Shown: positions 24,203 to 35,800 of the stretch, piece by piece
Layout of the letters: the number at the start of each line of letters is the position of its first letter
How positions within the stretch are numbered: the stretch's first letter is position 1
Assembly (NCBI GenBank): GCA_964036045.1
Contig: OZ038378.1
Span: 143,592,001-143,656,000, forward strand
Direction: 5' to 3'
Source of the DNA: Eutreptiella sp. 'Long Island Sound 2002'
Lineage: Eukaryota > Protista > Euglenida
DNA length: 64,000 nucleotides
The notes under the pieces: model-generated
Told to the model about the DNA's origin: nothing
The model's database searches: none
What the model saw: the letters and a program-made list of their open reading frames with translations, nothing else
Program-made: the position numbers and the translations under genes

Positions 24203-25440
24203 ATGACTGCCACGGGCCTCAGGCGACCCTCCGCCGCGGCCGTGGGGCCCTCAGACCCGAGGGCTGGCGCTCGGGGCGTGGCCTCGCCGCCGACGCCGTC
24301 CGCCCCGGCGGTCCGGCGCGGCGCGGCGCCGTCGCGGCGCTCACCGCCTCAGTGCCGGGCCACGCGGTCGCCGCAGTCGTTGTTCGGGCGGTTCGAATCG
24401 GCGGTGCACTCCCTCCGGGGGGACACCGCGCACAACCCGCGCCGGGGCCATCCTCGTCCCCCCCCCCCCCCCCTGCCCGCCCCCTCAGCGCGTCCCCGGG
24501 CGGTGCTGGACTCAATTTACAGACGGTGATCCCCTGCCGCCCGCAACGGAGGGTGGGAGCCCGGCGCTCGCCGTCGCTAAGACTTGCCAACGCCGCCCGC
24601 CAATACCTCGCCGACCTCAGCCCCTTCAACCGGTCCACCGGGTTTGACAGGCCGGGAGGTCTCGTCTTTTTGTTCGTCCACCCATTGCCCTACATCACCG
24701 CAATGCCAAGAGCGGACGGATCCCCTTGGTCACACTCCGCACAGAAAGGGACGACGTCACGTCGGGAATGCCGCTGTTCCCATGGTCTGCCACACCGCGT
24801 GGGGTGTCCGGGCGCGCATGCGACACGGAAGTGACATCCAATTCCAGCCCTTCCTCACTCTTCCCCCACGTCGGGGCGCTGTTCCCCCGACCCGATTCGG
24901 GCCCCAATGGGTTAGACCCATTCAGTAGCAGAGGGGGTCCTTAGGTAACCTGATTTTGTTTTGCTCAGGACCGCCCCTAAGGACCGCCACCACCCGCCAA
25001 CCGCCACCAACCGCCAACCACCAACCACCAACCCCCACCAACCCCCACCAACCACCAATCACCAACCACCAACCGCCACCAACCGCCAACTGCCAATCGC
25101 CGCCAACCGCCAACCGCCAACCGCCAACCGCCAATCGCTACCGGTTGAATATATGAGCTACCCGCGGTCTTTTTGCAAAGCTGCAGTTCTGGAACACTTT
25201 GTTTTTCCCCCCCTTAAGGACCGCCCTGTTCAGTAAAGCGCCGTTCAAACGGTCGGCACGTCTGCGGCTCCTGGGGCGCCCGTGGGGCGTGCCAGTGCGA
25301 GGGGCCGGGCGTGCGGCCGTCACCCGTCGCCACACGGCGAACGCAAGGCGCCCTCCCACACCGCGTCCGGTTCTCGGGGAGACGGCCAGTGTGCACATCG
25401 TGGTGAAGCAATTCCTCACCCAGCCACAGCCGGTCCTGTC
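24203..25440 (+). other. Possible scattered exons of an unidentified gene (about 24203-24450, 24560-24657, 25375-25435)
   Basis: Short GC3-rich protein-like stretches (SLFGRFESAVHSLRGD; ANAARQYLADLSPFNRSTGFDR; GETASVHIVVKQFLTQ) lie between repeats. Splicing not resolved. Confidence 0.3.
24993..25135. repeat. CCAACCG/CCACCAACCG heptamer-type array
   Basis: Direct reading; a second array with similar flanks lies at about 52812-53010. Confidence 0.85.
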
Positions 25441-26067
25441 GTATTCTGACCCCACTCCCCGGCTCTCACTGCCCTCACCATCGCCTCCTCTCCAAAGCAG
25501 TCGTCCTGGCCGGCGTGGCTTGACTCCGGAACCCCCGTCCCCATCCCTCACCCCCATCTCTCCTCTGTATGTTCTTGCCGGGGGTGCGTCCGGCCAGCCC
25601 CCCCAACTTTCATGTTAAATGGATGTTGTTTCATGTGTGCCCCAATGCCCCTCCCCCTCCGTGTGCTATTTTGGTTGCATGCTTCTCCCTCCGCCCCGTT
25701 GCGCTTCACCCTTCTGCAGGACAATCAGGCACTCCATCCAGTGGCACTTATGGTTCAACCCTTGGCTGCACGGGGCACACATGGCATGCACAGGATAGTG
25801 CTGATGACGATCCCTTGATGCATCGGGAATTATTCATAGCCCCTTTTGATTCATAACGAGTGTTTGCGATATGGGGGACATGGGTAGTGCTGTGACGAGT
25901 TCACTTACGATTTGACGTGCTCACCTGCAATTTGATTGCTGTGAACTTGTGTATTTGAACCCCAAATGCCGGAAACTTGGGCAAACTACAAATGCGGTGT
26001 GAGAGTCATCACTAGGACTTGCCTGCCAGCTGCCGACGCCCAGGCAATACTACTATTTTCAGCCCCA

Positions 26068-26166
26068 CAGACACACACACAGGCACACACACGCACGCAC
26101 GCACGCAGGCACGCACGCACACACACACACACACACACACGCACGCGCACGCACGCACGCACGCAC
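26068..26166. repeat. (CA)n/(CACG)n compound microsatellite
   Basis: Direct reading. The reverse-orientation equivalent is at about 52165-52290 and (GT)n runs are at about 50958-51075. Confidence 0.9.
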
Positions 26167-26829
26167 GTTCGCTAACATACATGACATCTACAGCTCTGTC
26201 CGCACTGCAGCCATGTTCTCTTTCACTATCCTTGGGGCTTTTCCTCCCTCAGCGCATGACAGCAAGACTATGTACAGCCGAAGCATCCCTACCTCCCCAA
26301 TCCCACGCATGCCATGCCGCATCCCAACCCCTAGGGGAGGGGCTGTGTGCTCTGAAGTTGTTTGAAACGGGACGGGGCACAACCAGCACTGTAGCTGCTT
26401 CGCTTCTCCTTCAACCAGAGATACACCCGCTCCACAGGGCATCTGCTCTGGCGCAGGTCGGCGGCTAGTCAGAGCGTGGTGATGCAGATCGCCGGCATCG
26501 CTTATAAGCGTGATGGCAAGTCGATGGTGCATGACTGTGCGTCTGTCCATCGCCTCTCCCTGCCATCTGTTTGCTCACCACCCCCCCAGTGGTAGTACGG
26601 TTCCCTGGGGGGTGGCGGCAGACTGTCACTTGGCAACCGTCCCCAGGGGGCTGGGGGGGACCGTCTTCCCTGTGGAGGGGTGTGAAGGACAAGTGGGGGG
26701 AGGGGAGGGTAAAGTGCTCGGGCGCTCTCCGAACTCCAGCGTAACCGTGATCCCTACCTGTCCCTCGCAGCATCCCTTCCCGCTCGCGGGGTCACAGACA
26801 CCCTAGCGCCTAGGACACTGCGTTCCGAC

Positions 26830-26895
26830 CCCACCGGGATTCGAACCAAGCACCTCTAGTTCAGGCGTCACGTGCATGACCGCTGAACTATGACC
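26830..26895 (-). mobile_element. tRNA-derived SINE-like head
   Basis: The reverse strand has A-box-like TAGTTCAGCGG and B-box GGTTCGAATCC, but the acceptor and anticodon stems do not pair. Confidence 0.5.
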
Positions 26896-29555
26896 TGTGT
26901 TGGGGGAGGGGAGGGTGCAGCTCACACACACACACACACAGGCCGCTAGTCGCAGGCCTGCCAGCGAGGCCCCTGGACAAAGAACTCATGGTTTCGCTGA
27001 TGATGGGTAGGCGGTAGGAATGTTGAACCTCGCAGTTTGAGCTTTGATTGAATTATTTGGGCATCGCGCCCAGGCTGGTACAGGCCTCAGGCCTGCAGGC
27101 AGTGCTGCGCACACGGTCTGAGAGGGCGCTTCTGCCGCGGTGCGGGCGCCGTGCAACCGTTGGGTCTTTCTGGGGCCCCTCCGGTGATAATTGCCCCCAC
27201 CAAGAGGCCTCCAGGGAAAAACACACACTACCCAGAAGCCTTTGGGATGTATTGGCAACCAGAAAGAAACTTCCTCAGAAGACGGGTGGTGTGCATGTAA
27301 CTGAGGTTTTCTGGGGTTGTATGGGCTGTTTGGGTGGGGGGTACATCTTGGGATGGTGCACCGGTGTTTGACCACCAAATGGCTGCCACGGTGCGGGCGC
27401 GGCGCAACAACACCACTGAGCCCTGAAATGCAGGAGACCCACAGCTGCTGTGGCAGCCAGAACGGATATCAACCGAGCCCCCTTCCGCTGGAGGCCCTCG
27501 TCAAGGAGAGGCTTAGGCGCTCGATCTAGTGCTCCCTGTCTCTTTGGGGCCCCCTAACAGCTTGTGCCCGGGGACCCTGATCTGCTGGGGGCCTGCACCC
27601 ACCGGCCTCTGGAGATGAATGGAGCGCCTGACATGCACATGCCCCTGACCACGCTGACCCAGGCCGGCGTCCCTCCGACATATGATACCCCCCCTCTCCA
27701 CACACATGCACAGCAAGCCTGTCCACCTGGGCACTGTATGGGTGCGGAGGGGGTTGTTGCTCTTCTGCGATTGTGGCATCATCCCACTTCCCAATGAACT
27801 GGCGGTAGTGCGCAGGGCAAACACGCCCCCAATGTGTGCCATTGCCGCCCCATCACCGTGTCTATATGATCTGACCACTTACATAACCCCCAGGCCAAAC
27901 TCTCTGATGCCGTCCCTCCGGTGCCGCTGGAAGGTGCGTTTCATGTGCTTATCTTGCGGACCCGATACAGAGGCAGAAGGGACGCAGAGGCAGCCCCAGG
28001 GTTGCCCATGACACGCCAGCCCCACTGAGAGGTGGGGTTAGGGTTGGGCATGCGGGTTCCCGGACCCTCCACCCTCCTGTTCCGAGTGGGACTCTGGGTG
28101 TCATCCGACAGCATCGCAGTGGGTGCTCGGCACGGGCGTCATTCGGACAGCAGTGGAGACTGCGTGGGGCCGCCGCACAGCACTTCGAGGCCTGCGGCGC
28201 TGCGTTCACACCCAGAGTCACCCACAACACCGCCCGCTCACTGCCATCAGCCCCCGCCCGGACTGTCCTCTTCTGTTGCTTTCATCTTAACCAAGTGACC
28301 CGCTGCTGCTTGCCACGGAGTGCATTCCCCGACGCCGACAGCCTTTGTGTATGATGTATGGCAAGAGAAACCCACAGACCCGCAGCATTGAATTTGCATG
28401 GGTATGAACCCCGCATACGCCTGACACAGGGGATGCACGAGGGATGCCCCTTCTCGCCAGTCTTGTTCCTTTAGTGCCGCGGTGCTTTGCTTGTGGAAAC
28501 TTTGTTCGGGGGCGCATAAGCGAACCGGGACGTGGCTGCGGTGGACAAAGCGATACGGGCCACAAACCCCACCTTTGTTTTTTTTGCGCCCTCCACGGGC
28601 GACATAAATTTGCTGCACACATTTGCGTGGCCGAAGTTCTTCGTTTTTGTGGATCACGTGGCCCTGGTGGCACCCACTCGGCACGAACCCCCCCCCCCCC
28701 CATTGTTTTTCCCCGGGGGGGGGGGTCCGGGGGGGCCGTCACTTGGCCCAAAAAGCACAGCAATTTGAACATTGACATTACCCCCAATGCAACGGGGGAC
28801 TGGTCGTGGGGTGGGATGGGGTGAGACCTGAAACCATTTTTTTCTGGGGGGGGGGGGGGGGCGGGGGCGAGAGGTTGGTTCCAGACCTGCCACTAGCGTC
28901 TGCCAGCCCAGACATGATCAGATGGAGCAGGGTCCTACTGAGCCACATGCTGGACGCGGCACGTTCCTACTGAGTTCAGGTGGTGCGGGGGGCGGGTATT
29001 ACTGAGTCGCCGTTGATACGGGGCCAATTGTTACCCCCCCCCCCCCCCTTGTATAAGCCACGCCCTTGTCCAAGCTACAGTAGGTGTAGGGACCGTGATA
29101 ATTGTGTACGTAATTTGATTACGTACAAAATGTAGTGTGGCCATATAAGACATGGGTGTGTCGTCACATTTGCCAATTTCAGCACATGTGGCCCCCTGCT
29201 GGTGCACCAGGAATTTTTTTTTTTTGGTCTGATGCATCCCATAGGTCCTAAATTGCCAAGTTCAGCACATGTGGCCTACGCACGTGTGTGTCAGCAGTTG
29301 TATGTGTTCCGCGCAAGCCACCCCCTTGTCCAAGCTACAGTAGGTGTAGGGACCGTAATAATTGTGTACATTGGCGTAGCTTATATAAGGTGTTTTTGTT
29401 GCCCCTGCATGTGGTGACACTGCCACTGAGACTCTAAGACCCAGAATCTTACCGAAAGCAACAACTCTTGAATTACACAGGGCCCAGTGCCCTCGCTTCG
29501 CGCTCACACAGGCCTCTGGCCTCGCTGATACTGCCCTTGAGCGGGGCCATACAAC

Positions 29556-31577
29556 ATGTCGCCCATCGCGCTAGACGACAAAGCGCTACGAGGGCTGCGC
29601 GACATCATCCGCCAGGAGGTCCAGGCGGCCATGGGAGCGACCTCACGACAACAGTCCAGCGCAGCGGCTGGAGAGCGAAACACATCAACATCTGCAAAGA
29701 GCACCAGCAAAGGTGCCAGCCGATCACAAAACCCCACCCAATCCCAGGGGGCAACGGGATCCAAGGCCAGATCACAGTCCCCAGCCCGCCAGTCAACCAC
29801 TGGTGCAGGGAGCAAAACGGTACGAGAAGATCCCAAAGACAAGGAAATTCGGGAGCTCAAAGACATGATCAAAGAGCTCACTGCCACGATCAAGGAGCTT
29901 CGGGCCTCCATTCGACATCCCAAGAAGACTTCAGACAACGAAGATGCAGCGGAGCCAACCCAGCTGGCTCAACGGCCACGCACGTATGCGGACGCAGCGG
30001 CCAAGGGGAAATCCTCCTCAGTGCAAGTCACAGGAAAGCAGCCAGTCCAGTGCCTACACGGTAGTCAAAACGCGATCTGCTGTCAAAGTACTTGGCAAAC
30101 CAAAAGATGTGGGTGTGCCAGTGCAGCCAACGCATGGAGTAGCTGCGGAGGAGGCACGAAACTGGCAAGCCTCTGCCCTACTACCATTGCAACTCTGGAA
30201 AGAAGCCGAGAACAAACAACTTGGCCTTCCGGTGCTGAATCCCAACAAACCACCAGCCGAATGGAAAGTCTCAGAGAGACCAGGCACCTTCCAAAGGGTG
30301 CTCATGCTAGGGGGCACAGCAGACTCATGTGCGGAACTCGCAGACATGGCCTTCACGTCCCACCCTCAGGTAGAACACATGGCTGCCATCGTCAACGTGC
30401 CAAATACAGCCGGAGTCAAAAAGGCAACTGTCGCGGACGCACTACGACGCATGAGACTCTCGCGCGCCGATCTAGATGTTCAGGGCTGCTCGCTAACCCT
30501 GGCAACCCGAATCACGCGAGCCGAGTGGGTCCACTCCGAGGGTCCGCCCAGGCCCATAGCGGATCAGCAGCTATGGATGCAGTGGGAAAGGACCACAATG
30601 GAGCAAGACGACGAATCGGACCATCAGAATCAGACACGGCGGAGCATGCCCCAGTGGTGCCCTCGGAGAGGGAAAGTGGCTTCCACAAGATATCCTTGCA
30701 GATAGACCCTCTTATGTGCTCGGACTCCGAGCTACCTCCGAACAGAACCAAAGGCTCTGCGCAACGCTGGGTGAGGCAGCAAACGATGGAGTACTTGAAA
30801 ACGTGCATGCAAGAAATGACACAGGCTCCGCCAATGTCGATTTTCCGTCGAGCAGAACATTACTCAGTCACGATGGAGCTACCACTGGAAGCAGCCAAAA
30901 GGGTGCTCATTGGGTCGGGCAAGCTACAAGGCATCGAGGCAAGGCCATGGATGTCGAAAGGATCCCCTGGACCTGGACTGGAAGCACGCATTCTCTGGCT
31001 GAAAACACCCAACATGAAGAGCTCCAGCAGCATATGGGAGATCCTTCACTCCCAATACTGGTTTGCTGGTGTACTGACAGGAGACACTGTCGGCAGGTGG
31101 GGAATCCGAATATGGGGAACAGAAGAACCAAGCGAGCAGCAAAGGACAGGTATTGCAAACCTGCTTGGAGCAGAGGCCCCCTCCAAACGGACACGCATAC
31201 GGGTGTACGGATACCCGGCTGGTTTCGGCTATGGTACCACGTGGGCTCAAGAGGAGGCCGCACGTGTTTTTCCCTCAGGCAGGGTCCAAGTCCTTTCCTG
31301 CCAACACCTCGTCAACACGTCCATAACCAAGCCGGTCTTCGACATTACCGTAACAGGGGTGCCAACGGAATGGCAGGCGCACAAGCTGGAGTCCACCGAC
31401 ACCAGAGCAAACCCACGAATTTGGAGGCGGTGCGTATCGCACAAACTCCGACCAACGGCGGAAACAGTTGGACGCCAAGAGAGGCTACGTCTGGCCACAC
31501 GGGCGGGCGACGACCCAGAGACTACCTCTTTGCAAGACGTCGTGGAGGACAACCACGACATGGAGTTAGGACAATAA
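29556..31577 (+). CDS. Retrotransposon ORF1 (coiled coil, RTYADAAAKG, RRM-like C-terminal part)
   Basis: Coiled coil KDKEIRELKDMIKELTATIKELRASI, an ORF1-type YA motif, and RIRVYGYP / DITVTGVP strands. The segment at about 30040-30650 looks more protein-like in the overlapping frame 29944-30705, which implies compensating frame changes. Confidence 0.7.
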   Translation: MSPIALDDKALRGLRDIIRQEVQAAMGATSRQQSSAAAGERNTSTSAKSTSKGASRSQNPTQSQGATGSKARSQSPARQSTTGAGSKTVREDPKDKEIRELKDMIKELTATIKELRASIRHPKKTSDNEDAAEPTQLAQRPRTYADAAAKGKSSSVQVTGKQPVQCLHGSQNAICCQSTWQTKRCGCASAANAWSSCGGGTKLASLCPTTIATLERSREQTTWPSGAESQQTTSRMESLRETRHLPKGAHARGHSRLMCGTRRHGLHVPPSGRTHGCHRQRAKYSRSQKGNCRGRTTTHETLARRSRCSGLLANPGNPNHASRVGPLRGSAQAHSGSAAMDAVGKDHNGARRRIGPSESDTAEHAPVVPSERESGFHKISLQIDPLMCSDSELPPNRTKGSAQRWVRQQTMEYLKTCMQEMTQAPPMSIFRRAEHYSVTMELPLEAAKRVLIGSGKLQGIEARPWMSKGSPGPGLEARILWLKTPNMKSSSSIWEILHSQYWFAGVLTGDTVGRWGIRIWGTEEPSEQQRTGIANLLGAEAPSKRTRIRVYGYPAGFGYGTTWAQEEAARVFPSGRVQVLSCQHLVNTSITKPVFDITVTGVPTEWQAHKLESTDTRANPRIWRRCVSHKLRPTAETVGRQERLRLATRAGDDPETTSLQDVVEDNHDMELGQ

Positions 31578-31918
31578 AGCTGACCGCCCGGGTAGTGGCA
31601 TTGCTGCACCCAAGGACATGCACGAGCCGGTACAAACAGCCGCCGTGCTACGCGAGCCGGACACGTCCGCCGCGCAAGAAGTCTTCAGGATTCCTCTTGT
31701 GCATGCTGTGCCTTCTGCCATGGTGCTCTAACCATAAACAATTTCGCCGTACGCCAACCTTGAGCGCACGCAAGTGCCCCCCCACTGAGCTGACGAGAGA
31801 GGATGCAATGATAACCGCTCGGGCACGCAGCCCTGAAATGATGCTCCCCCTACCAGGGCTCTCACCACCCAGGACATGCAACTGCCGCATGGACTGCCTA
31901 TCCCTGATGACAGGTACT

Positions 31919-32815
31919 ATGTTCTCTTCCATGGGACGGTCGCACAAAAGGCGAAGGTCGGACTCCGGCAGCGAAGAAGGTGAACGCCAACATCAAAGGC
32001 GGCAGCAGCCGCAACAGCATAACCACATTAATGTCCACGTCCACCAGCCCCAACAGCGGCACCCAGATCGATCGAAACGCCGCAGTGCACACCGAGAACG
32101 ATGCAGGATTCAAGGCGAGACCAGACGGATGGAAAGCGCGCTGCGAGAGCTCGACGCCCAACAGGCAACTGAAATGAAAGCAGCCCGGGAGGAGCAGCAG
32201 TCGGCCGCGCGGTACACTGACAGGGCCCCTCTGATTCCGTTCCAGGCCAACCCGCCGAGACACAGGCCGCGGACACCAGGCTACGAGCAGGTGATGGCCC
32301 GCCCCCCTCTCCCCAGCTATGAGGAGGTAGTGGGGATGGCAGCAGACGAGGACGAAGCAGAGCATGGCCCCAGCAGACCTGGACTCGCCAACCCGTACTC
32401 CCTGCAGCAGCTGAGGAACATCTCGACAGCGGTGCAGATGCAACCGGAACGACCCACGGTGATCACCGACGTCCTGTACAAGACAGGCTCATACATAGCC
32501 TTGGCGCTGGAGCCCCATCTTGCGCTGCATCACCGCGATGACCGGGTCAACGACTGGGCCACGGATGTCGGACACCAGCTGGGCTTCAACGACGTGCCAG
32601 AGCCCGACACGGTCAAGCAAGGGACCCATGCGGCGCCACGAAACTGGAGGCTACGGCTGCGGGGAAAGAAGCCCCAGACTCACGTTCGGCATCAGCTCCA
32701 ACGCCAAATATGGAGTGTCCCAATACGCTTGGGCCTCGGGTGCGGAGTGGCTGATCAGCCGCATTCAAGCCCAAACAACAGCAGTGAGGCCGCAGTCACC
32801 ACCACCGGAGGATGA
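31919..32815 (+). CDS. Extra retrotransposon ORF (ORF-X): basic/Gln-His-rich N-terminus, short coiled coil, PY-like motifs
   Basis: ATG 31919/31931; MGRSHKRRRSDS..., RRMESALRELDAQQATEMKAAREEQQ, PGYEQ, PPLPSYEE. It lies inside the TSD-bounded element. Confidence 0.55.
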   Translation: MFSSMGRSHKRRRSDSGSEEGERQHQRRQQPQQHNHINVHVHQPQQRHPDRSKRRSAHRERCRIQGETRRMESALRELDAQQATEMKAAREEQQSAARYTDRAPLIPFQANPPRHRPRTPGYEQVMARPPLPSYEEVVGMAADEDEAEHGPSRPGLANPYSLQQLRNISTAVQMQPERPTVITDVLYKTGSYIALALEPHLALHHRDDRVNDWATDVGHQLGFNDVPEPDTVKQGTHAAPRNWRLRLRGKKPQTHVRHQLQRQIWSVPIRLGLGCGVADQPHSSPNNSSEAAVTTTGG

Positions 32816-35800
32816 CGATGCCCAGCCGCCGGCATACGCACCACGCCAAGAGTTTGTGGACCAGGTATGTGCTGACTATGCTTGGCAGGTGTCTGAACGT
32901 GCGGTCTCCTCAGCAAGTGCTGATACATGCAGATGCAGTATCCCCCTGCTCACACCAACTTGCCTTCTCTCTTCTAGTGGCTCGACCCAGAATGGAAGCT
33001 ACAGCGAGGCTACCGATACGGCAGATGACCGTGACCTGCAAATCTGTCAAGGCGCACCATCCCTGCTGCCCATGCACACTCTCAACCCTACCAGTGACCA
33101 GCAGGCCAGCAGAGCTGAGACGGAGAGCTCCGCTAGCCTCCCAGCTAAGCCGTACGCGAGACGGGAACGCCCGCCGCGTCTCAGTGCCGAGAGGCGGTCT
33201 GTGATGGCGAGCGCCGCCAGACTATTATGGACGAGTCGGGTAGGCCCGCCGCCCTTAGCAGTGGTGCCTGAAACACACCGCAATGCCAGTATTCACTGTC
33301 ACCGTTACCCCAGGACTTCTCTTCCTGAACCCCTTAGCCCGCCTAACCGCCTGGCCTACATTGTTCCTTTTAGCCTCCTGCTCCCGGATCAGCCAGATCA
33401 GAATCCCACCCTAACGCAGTCGGCCCACGAATTGGTACAGCCGGTGCCACCTGACCAGTGGGCCGCGCTGCATGTGCGCGCACACACACGCGCACCCACA
33501 CACCCACACTGGAAACGCGACCAGATCCTGCGTTGTGGTGACGTGCACCCCAATCCAGGACCCACCTCTCTAGCACTCATCAACGTGACGGCCCTGCGAG
33601 CACACCACCATGAAGTGTTGGGTTTGCAAGAGGACATCGTAGCACTCACGGAAACACGACTCACGCAAGGGGCCCAGAATGCAATGGCCTTCATGGTGAG
33701 ACAGAAGGGGTGGCAACCCTTTTGGGGAGCCCCCCTACTGTCCAAGACAGGCGGCATCTGGGGAGCCGCCCCAGGAGGGGCGGCCCTTCTGGTACGGGAA
33801 AAGTGGCCGGCAAAGCAAGCCCAGCGGGACCCGGGATGCACACTAAGTGAGGAAATGTGGAATTCAGGCAGGTGGCTGCACGTCATTGTGACCCCAGCGG
33901 ATGGCAAACGTCCCCTGAACGTGATTGTGGTGTACGGGATCCCAGGAGACCACAAGCTAAACGACAAGCTATGGGAAGCAGTACTGACCCAAGTTGCAAA
34001 GCTGGGGAACTCCCCCTTTCTGATAGCCACGGATGCCAATGTCCAACTAGATCACTACCGCTGCATGCCCAACCTCATGATGACGGAGCTGCTGTCGGGG
34101 CGCATTGTGGATGTCGACCTCTTGCATGCACGGACAACGGGACAAGACTGCCAGTGCTCGTACCACAATGGCTCAATCAAACAGAAACCAACCAGAATTG
34201 ATGGTATTCTAGCAGATGCCAAGACGGCCAGTGCCATCATGAAAGTCTCACCAACCGAAAGATGTCCCGTGCCTGGACACAAGCCGGTCACCTTCACCTT
34301 CAACTTCAAGCAGTCTGCCCAGAGGGTTCTGAAGTTTGTGCGGTTACCACCCATGATACCAGCCCATCTGCAGAAAAGCAAGCGTGACCAAATAGTGAAG
34401 GACGTCACAGAACCGTACGTGGCGATATGGGAGAAAGTCCTTGACAATGAGGCGTCCACGGCGGATCAACTGTGGGACCTCTGGACTTGGCTGGCTGAAG
34501 AAACCATGCTGGTCCTGACCATGGCACCGCCGCCGGCGGTCCGGACTGGAATATGCCAGTTACCACTGGCTCCCCAAGAGTTGCCGAGAGGACGGGGAAC
34601 CAAGAAGATGCTCAAGACAGTGGAGCTCACGCCGAAACGCATGACGTCGTCAGGTCTCCCGTGCACTGCACCAACCAAGGAGATGTCCGCCCTGCTGAGC
34701 GCCCTTGTGCCGGTGATGAAGTGGGCGGCAAGCAGGGAACAAGCCGCGGTCCCTGCTATGGGCCCCATACCGCGAGAGGTCCTCAGCAATTGGAAGGCAA
34801 TACGCAGGAGGGCCCACCGCATTCTTCAACTCATCTCCAAAGGGCAATGTGTTGCTGAGCACCAAGAATTACTGCGCACGGTGATGGAGGCTCCAGAAAA
34901 TGCGCCCATGACCATTACAGACCTGGTCCGGCTCAACGATAAGATTAAAATGCTGAGCAGGCGGCAACTAGCTCAAGAAGAGAAGAAGAGGCACCAAGAT
35001 TGGAGAGAATGGATTGAGGAGACCTGGACCACGTCGCCGGGGAAGGTGTACCAATGGATCAAGGAGGACAAGTACACGCCCGCTGTCCTGATCCAGAAAG
35101 ATGACGGCACCCTGACTGGCAATGTGCCCGAAATGGACCTCGTGATACATCAGAAATGGGACCCCATAATGAGGCAGCATGCGGATCCGACGCTGCCAGA
35201 GCCAGACACTGAGCCCTTCTGGCGCAGGTTTGGCAAGTATGTGGAGCATCACCGGATGGAATGCCAGCCCATCACCGCGGAGCGCCTCTGCCGCCAGTTC
35301 AAGGACATGAAACGCAGCCGGGCCACAGGGCTAGACGGCTGGACTGTCGTAGACATGCGGAACATGCCATGGCCGCTACTGCACATGCTGGCTCAGCTGT
35401 TGAACTGGGTTGAATCCCATGGTGTATGGCCTGAGCAACTTGCCACAGGGTACATTCAGCTGATCCCCAAAGGCGAGGGCAGTGAGCCACTACAGCTCAG
35501 GCCGCTGTCGGTGCTGTCCGCAATTTATGGCGCCTGGTCCGGTATCCGCCTCCGTGACTGCCTCGTCTGGCAAGAGAAGTGGGTGCACCGAAATGCATTT
35601 GCCTTCAGGCCGCAGAGGAGCGCCCTGGACGCAGCCACCCTACTAGCCGCCCTCATTGAGCGAGCACACCTACTGAGGCAGGCATTATCTGGCGCTGGCA
35701 CTGACTACGTGAAGTGTTTTGATTTGATACCACAGCAAATCTGTTTCCGGATGGCACGAGAGTTCGGCCTGGACCCCAAACCGCAGGCGGCATTGGAGGC

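Noticed and set aside
26830-26895. Functional tRNA genes (also 51575, 53445, 55140)
   Set aside because: Acceptor and anticodon stems do not pair; only the promoter boxes remain.
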